Made by a program: the position numbers and the translations under genes. Under the pieces are notes generated by a model. That model was not told where the DNA came from. It saw only the letters and a program-made list of their open reading frames with translations, and did no database searches. A DNA stretch of 63,037 nucleotides, filler included, from Sphacelaria rigidula (Eukaryota): assembly GCA_964200075.2 (NCBI GenBank). It is 5 parts of 5 records of this genome, joined end to end, with 100 filler letters (N's around TTAATTAATTAA, not from the genome) between each part and the next. Parts side by side here need not be neighbours in the genome. Positions count along the whole stretch, not along the records: positions 37,885 to 50,411 come from CAXNAA020003663.1; 4 more parts are not named here. One strand, 5' to 3'. Each line of letters opens with the position of its first letter. Position 1 is the first letter of the stretch. Positions 38,745 through 50,511 of this stretch are shown one piece after another.

Positions 38745-39292
38745 AAATCAGATCACCTGACTCGCGTATTCACATTACATCCGCACCGTCACTGAGCATG
38801 CTTTCGCTCTGCTGGTTATATAACGCGTTTAAAATTAAAACTAAAGTTTTTCTTTGCCAAGACTGCCCTCGCAAAAGAATTGTCACTAACCGGCGCGGTG
38901 GGGACCGACAACGGAGACGTGGACGAGGCCAACTCGGGACGTACGTTGCTGGCGCAGCCGCTGGTATCTGTCGGTCCCCGGTGAACCAGGGTGTGTTGAG
39001 ATCTCTCTGCTGCCGAGCACAAATTCACAAATAATTTGTGCTCGGCAGCAGAGAGATCTCAACACACCGCGTTTCACCCGGGACCCACAGAGGCGAGAGG
39101 CTGCCCCACTAGCATACCTCCCGAGTTGGGCTCGTCGACAGGTCCGATGTCGGTCCCCTTCGCGCCCGTCAGTAACACTTCCTTTCGAGGGCAGTCTTGG
39201 CAAAAAGTACTCTACGTTTGTTTTTGAAGGCGTTATGACGCGTCCTCAGGTGCGAAGTACTATAATGATTCCCAAAATCAAATCAATTGACT
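38745..39292. repeat. ~520-bp tandem unit containing a ~350-bp foldback
   Basis: Repeated at 45992-46510; partial third copy to ~47085; perfect 36-bp stem at 38990-39068. Confidence 0.85.
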
Positions 39293-42200
39293 TGTCGGAA
39301 AATGAAGCTGTGGGGCTTACTCTCGCCAACGCTTCGTATGGTATTGGATTTGTATGAAGGCATTGTGTGGATCGCCGGTTCTACTCACGATAGTTTGGTC
39401 TGATATGGAGCGTAGCAGTAGTCGGGTTGCTCTTACTCTTCTCGTTTGACCGTTCAACACGGTGGATTGTTTGGACTGTCTCGCCTGCAAGCGGCACCTT
39501 GAACACTATCTTCTGTCTACACTCCAAATCAGCTTGTCTGCTTGCATGGCTGAAGTGCCATTGCGCCATCTCCATCAATCACGTCAAAGGGGTCTAAGCG
39601 ACACCTTTTCCAACAGTTTAATCGAGCCTCGCCGTTGGCGTCTACGGATCGGACCTTGGAGGAAGGACGACAGCAGCAAAAAGGAAGGATCTTTGCTGGA
39701 AAACAACGCGAGTTGAATCAAGTAAAGACGGCACTACACCTGTGTGCGTCTGGCACTGCAACAGTGGGTCACGAAGTGAGTACAACACTTTTCTCGTGTG
39801 CACCTGCTAACATACGCAATCTTAAAAAGAGCGAGATAACCGTAGAATACGGTAGTAACCGTGGAACTGCGACGACACGTATCTGTTCTCGTCTGGCGCT
39901 ACAGCAGGGTACCACAACCTAACCGAGTAGGGCGTGTGGTCTATGTTTGAAAGGTGAATAGACAACAGCGCGCCCAACACCACGGCTGACATGGGGAAGC
40001 ACTCAGTATTCGGATCCTTCTGGGGGGAATATTGTACGCATCTACTATCCAAGTGCACAGCTGTGGAGCTACCTGCAACATCCTGTATGTCGACATTCTG
40101 CCTGGACCTGTCCAGCGGTCGCCGTTGAGCGGGATTTACGGAAGACGCTGCTGCGGTGGGGGAATTTTCCGGGTGCTGTTCATCTGCATACATGACTTTT
40201 TTGAGCTAACGACAAGTCAAGCGGCAGTGAGCAAAACCGATTGTGTGGTGGGGCAACTATACTTGGATACCCTTGAACAGCCTTCATCTTTACTCGTGAA
40301 GTTGGAGCAGAGCGACGAACAAGATTCACATGGCGGACAATGAGGGTATTCGAGGGGTACTGAAACTCTGTTGAAAATTCGACGGCAGAGACAAGGCTAG
40401 CTTCCGGGAATATAAAGACAAACTCCGGGTGATCGTCTCCCTTCACCACAATGTGGCCGCAGAAATCCTCCAGGGGCAGCAGAGACCCGAATCCACCATA
40501 ATAAACGATGGACAACCACCCTGCAATACGACAACCTCAGTGGCGTGGGATCATGCTAACAATGACCTCTTTAGTACTCTGTTTCTTAGCAAGGAAAAAT
40601 CAACAAACTGTATCGTCAGACCTTATATGAGTAGAGCCCAACAGGATAGGATCGGGAACGGACAAGCAGCGTGGCCGTGGTTCATTACGTCTGGTTGATG
40701 TTTGGGAACTCATTATACCACCGAGCCACGGTGAACCCCGACGATAACGCCGAAACATTTGGCGGTATCATCGACGCTGATGATGAGTCGGGCCTCGCGG
40801 CGGGACCCGCCCTCGACAAGTGAAAGGATTGCAGCAACAGCTCTGTCAGTTCTGTCAGTGTCATGATAGACAGTGGCGCGTCCGGATATTATTTTGACGA
40901 TACCCTCATCTCGGGGCTGCGACCCAAACTCTACAACTACCAGGAACTGGCGATCCTGCGTAAAATTACCACCGCAGGAGGGTACCAACTGGCAGGGGTT
41001 GATAAGGAACTGCTCCGCGGACACATCAAAGACGACAGAGGGATCAAACGCCTGGTCCAGATTTCGTGTTTGGTCGTGCCTGGCTTGGGACGGAATCTGT
41101 TCTCCGTCAAGCAAGCGACACGAAATGGAGTGGTACCTATTTTCGAGATGAAGAACCTAAGATTGGAAACAAACAATTTAACCGTTTCGCTTCAGGAGCT
41201 GGAGAATGACCTGTACTTCTTTTCTCTAGAAGTAATCAGCGGCAACGACGCGCCTGGACTGGCTATGCAAGCTGCAGACGCCGCCACGCTGTGGCATCGG
41301 CGGATGGGGCACTTGCACAGCAATAATTTCAACCTTCTTTAAACCGTCGAAAGCAACGGGGTGGATTTCCGTGGAATCGTCCGGGACTGTGATATTTGTG
41401 CTGTTGGGAAAAGCCATCAACTAGCCCACCCGAAGACAGCCAAAACAACGTGCAGCCCACCTTCCAAATGGTCACAACAGATTTGATGGGACCGATTATG
41501 CCGAAGGCCCTCGGAGGCTTCATGTGCGTCTGCAAAATCTTTGACGAGTATACCAGATGGACGGAGAGGTATCTCCGAAAAAACCAAGGACGGCGCACTT
41601 CACGCATTCCAGTCCTTCATACAGTCAATGGTAATTCCTGGCGGCGTTCGGGTCGAACGACTCAGGGCAGACAAAGGGGGTGGGTTCGTTGGCAACGATT
41701 TTGGAACGTACTACTGGCAGACAAACATATTGCTAGAGTTTGCGAGCACCTATACACTACAAGAAATCGGCCTGTCAGAACGCGTAGGGGGGACGCTTGC
41801 ATCCATGATCCGGTGCGTGCTTGCCGACAGCGGTTTACCGACCTTTCTCTGGGGGAATCGATGTTCACAGCGGCCTACCTTGCAAACAGATCACCGCATT
41901 CCGCGCTTGACATGCAGGTCCCTCATGAGATGCTGAAGGGGACAGAACGGGATCTCCAACACCTTCGAGTCGTCGGAGCCAGGGTTTTTGTTCAAATCGA
42001 GCGGCACACTCCGAAACTCGCGCTCAAAGCAGTTGAAGGGCGACTAGTTGGGTACAGTAATGACAGCAAGAGCTACCGAGTCTATAACCCGGCCGCCCGA
42101 CGTATCATGGAGAGTAGGAACGTTGTCTTCATCGAGACGCCGTCAGACCTTACACAGACGGGAAAGTCACAACTTCGGATGCACCTATTTTCACTTGGGG

Positions 42201-43217
42201 ACGAGGAGTCCAGCAACAGAGAGGGTCACAATTACGCCAGCGACGACGACTTCTTCCGTGATCTTCGCGACCACACTTTCGTTCTAGCTCAACCAGCTCA
42301 TGCCTCCGTCGATCATGTCACTGCCAGCGGAATCTCTAAGAATCCACAGGTGGCGATCTCCTGGAGAGAATCAGCGCTATCACCAAGCAGGACATGCTGC
42401 ACGACGATGACACACCTCGTGAAGAGACGTCGCCACAACATCACTGGAGAGCCGTGCGCCGCTGGAACAAACTGAAACCCCTCAACAGGATCAAGCCGAG
42501 TCACCACCGCTCAACCACCCTCGACACTCTCACCATCAAGTAACTCCTGCCGTGACGCGCGCAGGCATTCCAGCACGCTCCTTTAGGGAACGCAACGGCA
42601 ATAACGACGGCGCAGCGTCTGCGCACCTTGCAGCTACTGTGGACGACAAAATGCTCTCCGAGCTACGACAACCGCAAATACGCACAAACGCGCTCCTACC
42701 AGATGACGCACATCAGACGTTTGGGGCGGAATCAGTCGTGGAGTATGCCTACACAAAGACCAGCCTCTGGAGTTGTTCGGTGGGGGAGAGAACCGAAAGA
42801 ACCCCAAACAAGTTTGATGAGGCCATGAACCTCCTCGAAAAGGAACGGAGGAAGGCGACTTCAGACAAGGAGATGGATATCCTAAGAAAGAACAACGTGT
42901 ACACTCTTTTGCCGTCTAAATCCATTCCAACTGGATACAGGTTATTCGGGTCTCGATACTTGTACAAGAAGAAGGCGGACCCCTCGTACAAAGCCTGAGT
43001 TGTTGTGCAGGGTTGGAGACAAGTTCCCGTCGTCGACTGCGGCAGCACTTCCGCACCGGTTTGCAGGATCCAGAGCATTCGCATGATGTTGGCTGTAGCG
43101 GCGGAGTACGACTTGGAGTGTTGACAGTTGGACTATAATACCGCCTTCCTGAACGCCAAACTCAAGGAAGAAGTGTACGTCAAAATGGCGCCCGGATACG
43201 AGGAGTTTGACGCCAAT

Positions 43218-43916
43218 AACAGTGTGAACTAGAAGTGTAGGATGAAGGATATATATAGGATGACATTCTGAGAATTAAGAATCGCCATATCTCCCGCAAA
43301 ACAAAACGACATCCACCAATTTTTCTTCGGTACGTTTGTGGTACTAACTACGAGCACGTCACAAAAAAATGAGGAGATTTGCTCAATTCTCAGTGTCCTA
43401 GAGCCAAAACCGCATTTTTGACACTTGTGTGCAAATGCGTGTGCGTGGAAATTAAAAAAAAAACTGTTTTTTGCTCTAGGATCCTCCATATTCCGTGAGA
43501 ATCCTCAATTTTCTGTGACGCGCTCGTAGTTGGTACCACAACTGTACCGAAACAATATTGATGGACTTCGTTTCGTTCTGCGTAAGATATGACGATTCTT
43601 AATTTTCAGAATCTCATCCTACAGATATCGTTCATCCTACACTTCTATTTCACACTGACTGCTGCCGAGATAGCCCCCCCACGAATCGGCCAAAAACTTG
43701 CACGCAGACGATGATCATAAATGCCGTTATAGCTGGTTTCGTGCTGCACGACGCGACTCATTTGGGCGTTATCGCTGATTTCGTACTGCTACACGCCTCT
43801 CATGTGGGCGAAATTAATTGCTGCAAACGAGCCCAATAGTGGGTTCGCAGTCGGTTTGTCGGACGGTCTCCGGTGCACTTTCCGTTGGGGGGCTATCTCG
43901 GCATTAGTCCACTGTT
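43218..43916. mobile_element. Foldback MITE inserted in the Copia RT
   Basis: AACAGTGTGAA...TTCACACTGTT with ~160-bp arms; 4-bp TSD CAAT. Confidence 0.85.
43657..43909. mobile_element. MITE nested in the right TIR of the previous MITE
   Basis: GACTGCTGCCGAGATAGCCCCCC...GGGGGGCTATCTCGGCATTAGTC; 4-bp TSD CACT; same end seen at 25257-25328. Confidence 0.85.
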
Positions 43917-43940
43917 CAATGGAACTCTGATGGTAATGTG

Positions 43941-44154
43941 TGTAATCCGTGAGAGGACCGCATGCTTAGAGGATCGCATCGGAATTTGAACACTCCTGTG
44001 GTTAGGGTTAGGGTTAGGGTTAGGGTTAGTAGTGTTAGGGTCAGGGGCGTGGTACCTGCAGGGACTGACCCGATTGGTTTTGAAAAACGTCGATCCTGGG
44101 GTATTTTGAACTACGGCGCGGTCCTCTAAGCACGCGATCCTCTCATGCATTACA
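43941..44154. mobile_element. MITE with TGT...ACA ends, 5-bp TSD and internal (TTAGGG)n
   Basis: ~37-bp TIR TGTAATCCGTGAGAGGACCGC; TSD ATGTG; (TTAGGG)4 at 44002-44025. Confidence 0.9.
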
Positions 44155-44620
44155 ATGTGGTCTCACAAAAGCCTTTACCGTCTCCGTCAAAGTCCAAACT
44201 ACTGGTGGGGTACGGTCGACACACATCTGGCGGAGATTGGGTTCAAGAGCCTTGAGGCCGACCCTTGGGTATACATCTACCAAGAAAGCGGCGATGTCTA
44301 CATCTTGAGTTTGTATGTCGACTATGTCCTACTGCTCGGGAAAGACTCCAAGGTGCTGAAAAGGATCAAGCAGAAACTAATGGAATGTTTTTCGGTGTCG
44401 GACATGGGAAATTTATCGTGAGTGCTGGGAATGACGATTGTTCGTGACCGTAATAGCAAGACAGTCAACATCAACCAAAAACATCACACCAAGTCTCTCC
44501 TGGAAGGATACGGGATGGCGAACTGCAACCCAGCGCGCACTCCTGGGGTGGGACAAAAACTGTCACTGGCCCAGCCGAGGGACAAAATACTGAACAAGGA
44601 GGACAAAAAGCGCTTTCAGG

Positions 44621-44868
44621 GATACTTTCTACGATAGCCCCCCCCCAAAACCAGCAAAATTGTCACGAAAAAAATGGCCAAACAGTGCCTGATGTTCGGC
44701 TTCAGGCTGCATGAAGCGCCTCATATTGGCAACATTGTCTAGAACAAACCCAAGCGTGGGAATTCTTAGCTTCTCGTTGTGCTCGGCGTTTCCCAGTTCG
44801 ATTTACGTGAAGATTTTGCCTCCCAAAACCATGCACTTTTGGGGGGGGGAACTATCGTAGAAAGTGTC
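44621..44868. mobile_element. MITE with 4-bp TSD in the Copia RT
   Basis: GATACTTTCTACGATAGCCCCCC...CTATCGTAGAAAGTGTC; TSD CAGG; removal restores DKKRFQAITGSVMY. Confidence 0.9.
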
Positions 44869-46597
44869 CAGGCCATCACAGGCAGTGTAATGTATCTCGC
44901 TCAAGTGAACCGCTACGATATTGGATACGCCGTGAATCAACTGGCGCGGGCGATGTCCAAACCGTCGAAGGCGCATATAGCAGGTGTAAAGCACTCACTT
45001 CGATATTTGACCGGCACTGCGGACCATGGCATCACCTACAACCAGGGCGGTTTTCAGTTGACGGCTTTCTCAGATGCCAACTGGGGCAACAACCCGGCGA
45101 ACGGAGAATCAACATCATCATATCCAATATTTTTTCGAATGGCCCCATCAGTTTTAAGGTAGGACTACAAGGATTGACGGCGCGATCGACCATGAAAGCA
45201 GAACTCGTGGCCGCTGCACCCACCATGAAGGAGGCCATTTTTGCTCGAACATGATGCGGGAGATGGGATTTGGCACACGCTTCGACTCCGTGCCCGTCTA
45301 TGTCGACAACACTTCAACTCTCCACGTCGCAGACAGCCGAACCTACAGCTCGAGAGTCAAGCACGTAGCTCTACGGTGCTTCTTCATTCAGGAATAAGCC
45401 AAGGAGGGAAGCATCGACATCCATTCCGTTAAGACCGAAGACCAACTCGCCGACATACAGATCGAGGACCTCAGTAGACACAGGCACCGCCATCCCGTCA
45501 AGCTGATCAACACATTCAAATTCTGAGTTCCGCCTGGCTGTGGGACCCGTTGTTATTTCGTTCTTGAGTGCCGGGACGGTTGTACTGAGCCGGGTGGTTG
45601 GAGCTAGTATGTATTTGCATTGACGGGGAGTGTAAGGGAGTAAGGCTTGCACTTGCGTTGAGGGGGAATGTTAGAAAATGACGCTGTGGGGCTTACTCTC
45701 GCCAACGCTTCGTATAGTATTGGATTTGTATGGAGGTATTGTGTGGATCGCCGCTCCTGCTCACGATAGTTTGGTCTGATATGGAGTGTAGCAGTAGTCG
45801 GGTTGCTCTTACTCTTCTCGTTTGACCGTTCAACACGATGGGTTGTTTGGACTGTCTCGCCCGCAAGCGGCACCTTGAACACTATCTACTGTCTACACTC
45901 CAAAGCCGCTTGTCTGCGTGCTTGGCTTAAGTGCCATTGCGCCATCTCCATCGATCACGTCAGAGGGGTCTAAGCGACACCTTTTCCAAAATACATCCGC
46001 ACCGTCACCGAGCATGCTTTCGCTCCGCTGGCCATATAACGCGTTTGAAACCAATACTAAATTTGTTTTTGGCAAGACTGCCCTCGCTAAAGAAATGTTA
46101 CTAACCGGCGCGGTGGGGACCGACAACGGAGACGTGGACGAGCCCAACTCGGGACGTATGTTGCTGGCGCAGCCGCTGGTATCTGTCGGTCCCCGGTGAA
46201 CCAGGGTGTGTTGAGATCTCTCTGCTGCCGAGCACAAATAATTTGTGCTCGGCAGCAGAGAGATCTCAACACACCGCGTTTCACCCGGGACCCACAGAGG
46301 CGAGAGGCTGCCCCACAAGCATACCTCCCGAGTTGGGCTCGTCGACATGTCCGATGTCGGTCCCCTCCGCGCCTGTCAGTAACACTTCCTTTCGAGGGCA
46401 GTCTTGGCAAAAAGTACTCTACGTTTTTTTAAAGGCATTATGACGCGTCCTCAGGTGCGAAGTACTATAACGATTCCCAAAATCAAATCACCTGACTCGC
46501 GCATTGACGTTACATCCGCACCATCACCGAACATGCTTTTGCTTTTCTGACTACTTGTCTTTGGCAGCAAAGAAATCTCAAGACACCAGTGAGCCGG

Positions 46598-46940
46598 TCG
46601 CCCCGGTGGCTCAGTTGGTAACCTCGAAACCTTCTGACGGTTGGGTCGTGGGTTCTCATCACGGAGCAATCTGGGTTTATTTCTCACACCATGCCCAACA
46701 GTGGAGCGCGACTATGTCGTGGGTCCACAGAATTCGACCTAACGGTCGACGAGGGAAAGGGAGTGCTAAATCCCTCTCGCGATAAAAAAATCAAAAGCAA
46801 GCACCGCAGAAGGAAGGGGAGGTAATAAAAACAAACAAAAAACGTTGGTTGACCTTGCTCCTGTGTGACCCCGGCTGGTGCGCCCACATATACCGAAAGG
46901 TGTAGACCGGCGCCCAGAATAGATGGAACGACAACACACC
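46598..46940 (+). mobile_element. tRNA-derived SINE inserted in the third foldback unit
   Basis: Same head and body as 30834; flanks CAAGACACC/CAACACACC. Confidence 0.8.
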
Positions 46941-47440
46941 ATGGTTTACCCGGAACCGACAGAGACCAGCGGCTGCGCCAGCAACATACCTCTCGACTTG
47001 GGCTCGTCCACGTCCCCCTTGTCGGTCCGCGCCGCGCCGGTTAGTAGCATTTCTTTAGCGAGAGTAGTCTTGGCAAGAAAAGAACTTGAGGGTCAGTTTT
47101 GATCGCGATATAACGTCCATAAGTGTCGTATGGTTGTCTTTCCCTGAATCGAACTACCTTGCAGTTCATAAATTCCCACTCTTACACTGTACTTGCCAGG
47201 CTGGCAAAATATTCTACGAGTTTCCCAAACTATATGATGTTCCTGCCTTCATCCCTAGCTTCTTCGATTCGCGATGTAACGAGTCTGGTGCCTTTCATAG
47301 AGTCGTTTTTCCAAGTATTAAGATACATTTCAGTGAACCCCCGATTTTATCAAAATTCAGGACGCTAGATGCTTAATGAGTCTGTAGCATTTCCCACCCC
47401 TCCCCCACATGTTGTTTGTCGATCTCCTGGGTTTGAGAAG

Positions 47441-50359
47441 CAAATACGGCGGAGCTATTCGGCGCTGAGTGTATGGCCACGGACGATGCTGACGGTAGAT
47501 GATGAGCTTGCTTTAACAAGAGCACGGCTCGGGAGCGAGATGGTTGCCCGCAAGGTCGCGCTCCAGGAAATGGCCGCGCTACAAGAGAGGTTCGACGAGA
47601 GCAATGTAAGTGATTTATTCGCTATTTCTTGATCAATGATCGAGAGTAAGTTTTATGGAAGATGTAGACAGGACAACAAGCAAGAGAAAAACACAAACAA
47701 TAACCCGGTTTCGACATCCAGTGTTGGCGGGGGAATAGTCAATGTTTAATCCTATACCACTCGAACATAACCATCAGTGAGCTAATCGCTTCGGAACACA
47801 ATTTACTGATGCCAACGGACTCTGAAAAGCGTGTGTATGATTCAAATGTTGAAAAGCGTGTACATGATTCAAAAGCCGAGGATCTGTCGAGATCTCAGAT
47901 CTTTTCAGCATATATATGCTCTTCAGTATTGGTTGACATCACTACCTCGGGGTGCGGCACGATGACCTCACTGACGGTTACGAGATAATATCATGAATTG
48001 ACGGATGAATAATGATAAATTAAAACTTCAGAAACGTATATTTTTTTGTCGCCGCAACTTTTGACCGCGTATACAGCTCATGCCTGTGACAAGTACTTCT
48101 GTCACCGTTTTCATTCCCGCGTGCGTAATGTAAAAAAACGAGTGCTCGGAAGAGGTAAAGTCGTGGAATGTGCATGCTTGCAAAGCCCGGCTGACAAAAA
48201 GATGAGGAAGATGTACCTCAACCTCTCCAGGGTGATTCAGAATCTACTGTAGTCCGAAAGAACACGAAAGGGCAATAGAGTACGGAGCAAGAGTCGGTGG
48301 GTGTTTTCCGCCGCCGATGCTGTACAACGTTCGTACATGTTGTTTTTCTGCGTATGTTTTATCTGTCTAGTTACTGTCTCGCTCTGTGATTTCAAGTACA
48401 GTGGACGCAAATCCGTCTTTAAAGGCCCATGTTTGAAATGCGGTTAGTCGGGTGAACCCTGACATCCAGGTCTTCGTTGCACTGACAGCCCTGAGTCGTC
48501 GCCCAGCGTGCGTGCGTGCATGTTTGCCGCCACATCGAGTGTGAAATCTACGAACGACGCTTGCGCAGGGCATCCCCTGTCCCCTCCTTTCCCGGGATCC
48601 TCTGCCTGCCTTGGGCTCATCGTTGGGTTGGGGCCAGGTTTTGGTTTTGAGAAAATGAAGTGTTTCAACCGTGGGCGTTAGGGGGAGCGGGTTCGAGTAA
48701 ACGCACTTTGTGTTTTTGCGCTTTCATCGTGTTCTGATGGTGTTGCCTTGCACACAAAGTTCGTTCAGCGCAAGAGCGAGGAACATTTCAGAAAGGTGTT
48801 CGATCAAGAAAGGACATTACCACCGGGAGAGAGTCCGTGCTGCTGAAGAGTGCGAAGCGAAGGAATTGGCCCAGGTGAGGCGGTACCAACATGCGGGTAG
48901 AACGGAGGCTAGTTTACCGGCCCGGTAAAATCTACCGGTAAAACGGGAGAGCAAAAGAACATCTACAGCCGCATTCATTGCACCACTCACCGCCAGGACG
49001 TTCGACCTGTGCTACTGCTGGACATATCATAGGATCAAAAGACAAAATACCGTTCGTTCAGCACCTGAGAGCACGCGGATGGACTGTTTGCGAAACGTAC
49101 CCTACAGGGAAGCGGCTGTCTCTTTCCCCCTTCCCTGAGAACCTGGCTCACCTAGCATCTAGGTGTACAGTTCCACCTGTAAATGGATTACGATAGAACA
49201 CATCGATACTATTAAGACGTGATTACAGTACATTTAACTCGACCCACTCAATGGACAGGCCTGTAATGCGTGAGAAGATCGCGTGCTTAGGGAACCGCAT
49301 CGGAGTTGAAACTCCCCTATGGTTAGTATTGGGGCTAGGGTCAGTGTTGGTGTTAGGGTCAGGGGCGTGGTCCCTGCAGGGACTGCCCCGATTGGCTTGA
49401 AAAACGTCGATCCAGAGGTGTTTTGAACTATGAGGCGGTCCCGTAAGCACGCGGTCCTCTCACGCATTACAAGGCCATTGTTTTCGATGCAGATTGAAGC
49501 TAGCGATCGGTACATCTGATCTACATGGATGCTGCCGCAGTACTTTGTCGCACACACGAAGGGAGACGTGAAACGATTACAACACGGGATCCTACAATTT
49601 GGGCATCGATCTTTTATTGGGGATAGGAATTCCGGAAAATTAATATATTCGTATCCACACCAAATCTTCGAAATATGGTTCCATTTCTTCACCTACCGAT
49701 AGCTTTTGACAACTGCTACACGCCATTGAAATTTGGATTTCGATTACCGAAATGTTAGGGTCCTAGATCAAAAAACAATTTTGGAGAATTTTGGGTGTCC
49801 GAACGGACGCCAAAATGGTTCCGATTTTGTTTTGTCACCTGGGACCCCAAGATTTCGGTGATCGAAATCCAAAATTCAATGACGTGTAGAAGTTGTCAAA
49901 AGCTATCGGTGGGTGAAGAAATGGAACCATATCTCGAAGATTTGGTGTGGATACGAAGATTTTAATTCGCCGGGATTCCCATCCCCAATAAGAAATCGAT
50001 CCCCAATTTGTAAGATCCTGTGTTCTATCCAGATCTGGACACCAACATGAACGATGTATTGTTCAACACCACCACCAGAATTTGTCGTCGAAACATCATA
50101 CTGTTGTCTTGTCACACAACTTCAGAGAATGCGTTCGAACAGATCAAGCCTGTGCTGTGATTGTCTTCATTCCCTCATCACGGTAAACTTCGACAACCTG
50201 GCGGTCCGGGTATCATCACTAGATAATCTGGTGCCCCTGTGCTGTTGTTGTTACTGCTACTGCGGCTGCTGCGGTTTTTTCGCGTTGAACGCTGGACACT
50301 CGATGCCGAATATCATGCAGGCGAAACTTGCAGAAACGAAGAGGATACTGTTGGAATAA
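47441..50359 (+). CDS. Candidate exons of a coiled-coil protein (possibly pseudogenised)
   Basis: 47441-47605 (donor GTAAGT; ...ARKVALQEMAALQERFDESN), 48769-48874 (donor GTGAGG; ...EECEAKELAQ), 50321-50359 (AKLAETKRILLE*). Confidence 0.4.
49262..49471. mobile_element. Second copy of the TTAGGG-bearing MITE
   Basis: TGTAATGCGTGAGA...TCTCACGCATTACA; TSD AGGCC; degenerate telomeric tract at ~49321-49364. Confidence 0.9.
49580..50024. mobile_element. Foldback element (~220-bp arms)
   Basis: AACACGGGATCC...GATCCTGTGTT; palindrome centred at ~49802; no clear TSD. Confidence 0.75.
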
Positions 50360-50411
50360 TTCGTGGTCGTGGCACTGTCCTTGCGACAGACCAACTACTG
50401 TTCAGCGAACA

Positions 50412-50511
50412 NNNNNNNNNNNNNNNNNNNNNNNNNNNNNNNNNNNNNNNNNNNNTTAATTAATTAANNNNNNNNNNNNNNNNNNNNNNNNNNNNNNNNN
50501 NNNNNNNNNNN
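50412..50511. other. Artificial spacer
   Basis: Same 100-nt linker. Confidence 0.97.

Larger units (their letters stand above)
39293..45991 (+). mobile_element. Decayed Ty1/Copia LTR retrotransposon with both LTRs
   Basis: 323-bp LTRs at 39293-39615 and 45669-45991; PPT TGAGGGGGAA; protease IDSGAS (~40866); LWHRRMGH; integrase; RT (KSLYRLRQSP, LYVD); RNase H FSDANWG; many stops and frameshifts; gag largely deleted. Confidence 0.95.

Noticed and set aside
44002-44046. True telomere or chromosome-fusion site
   Set aside because: Short tract enclosed by TIRs and a TSD inside a Copia element
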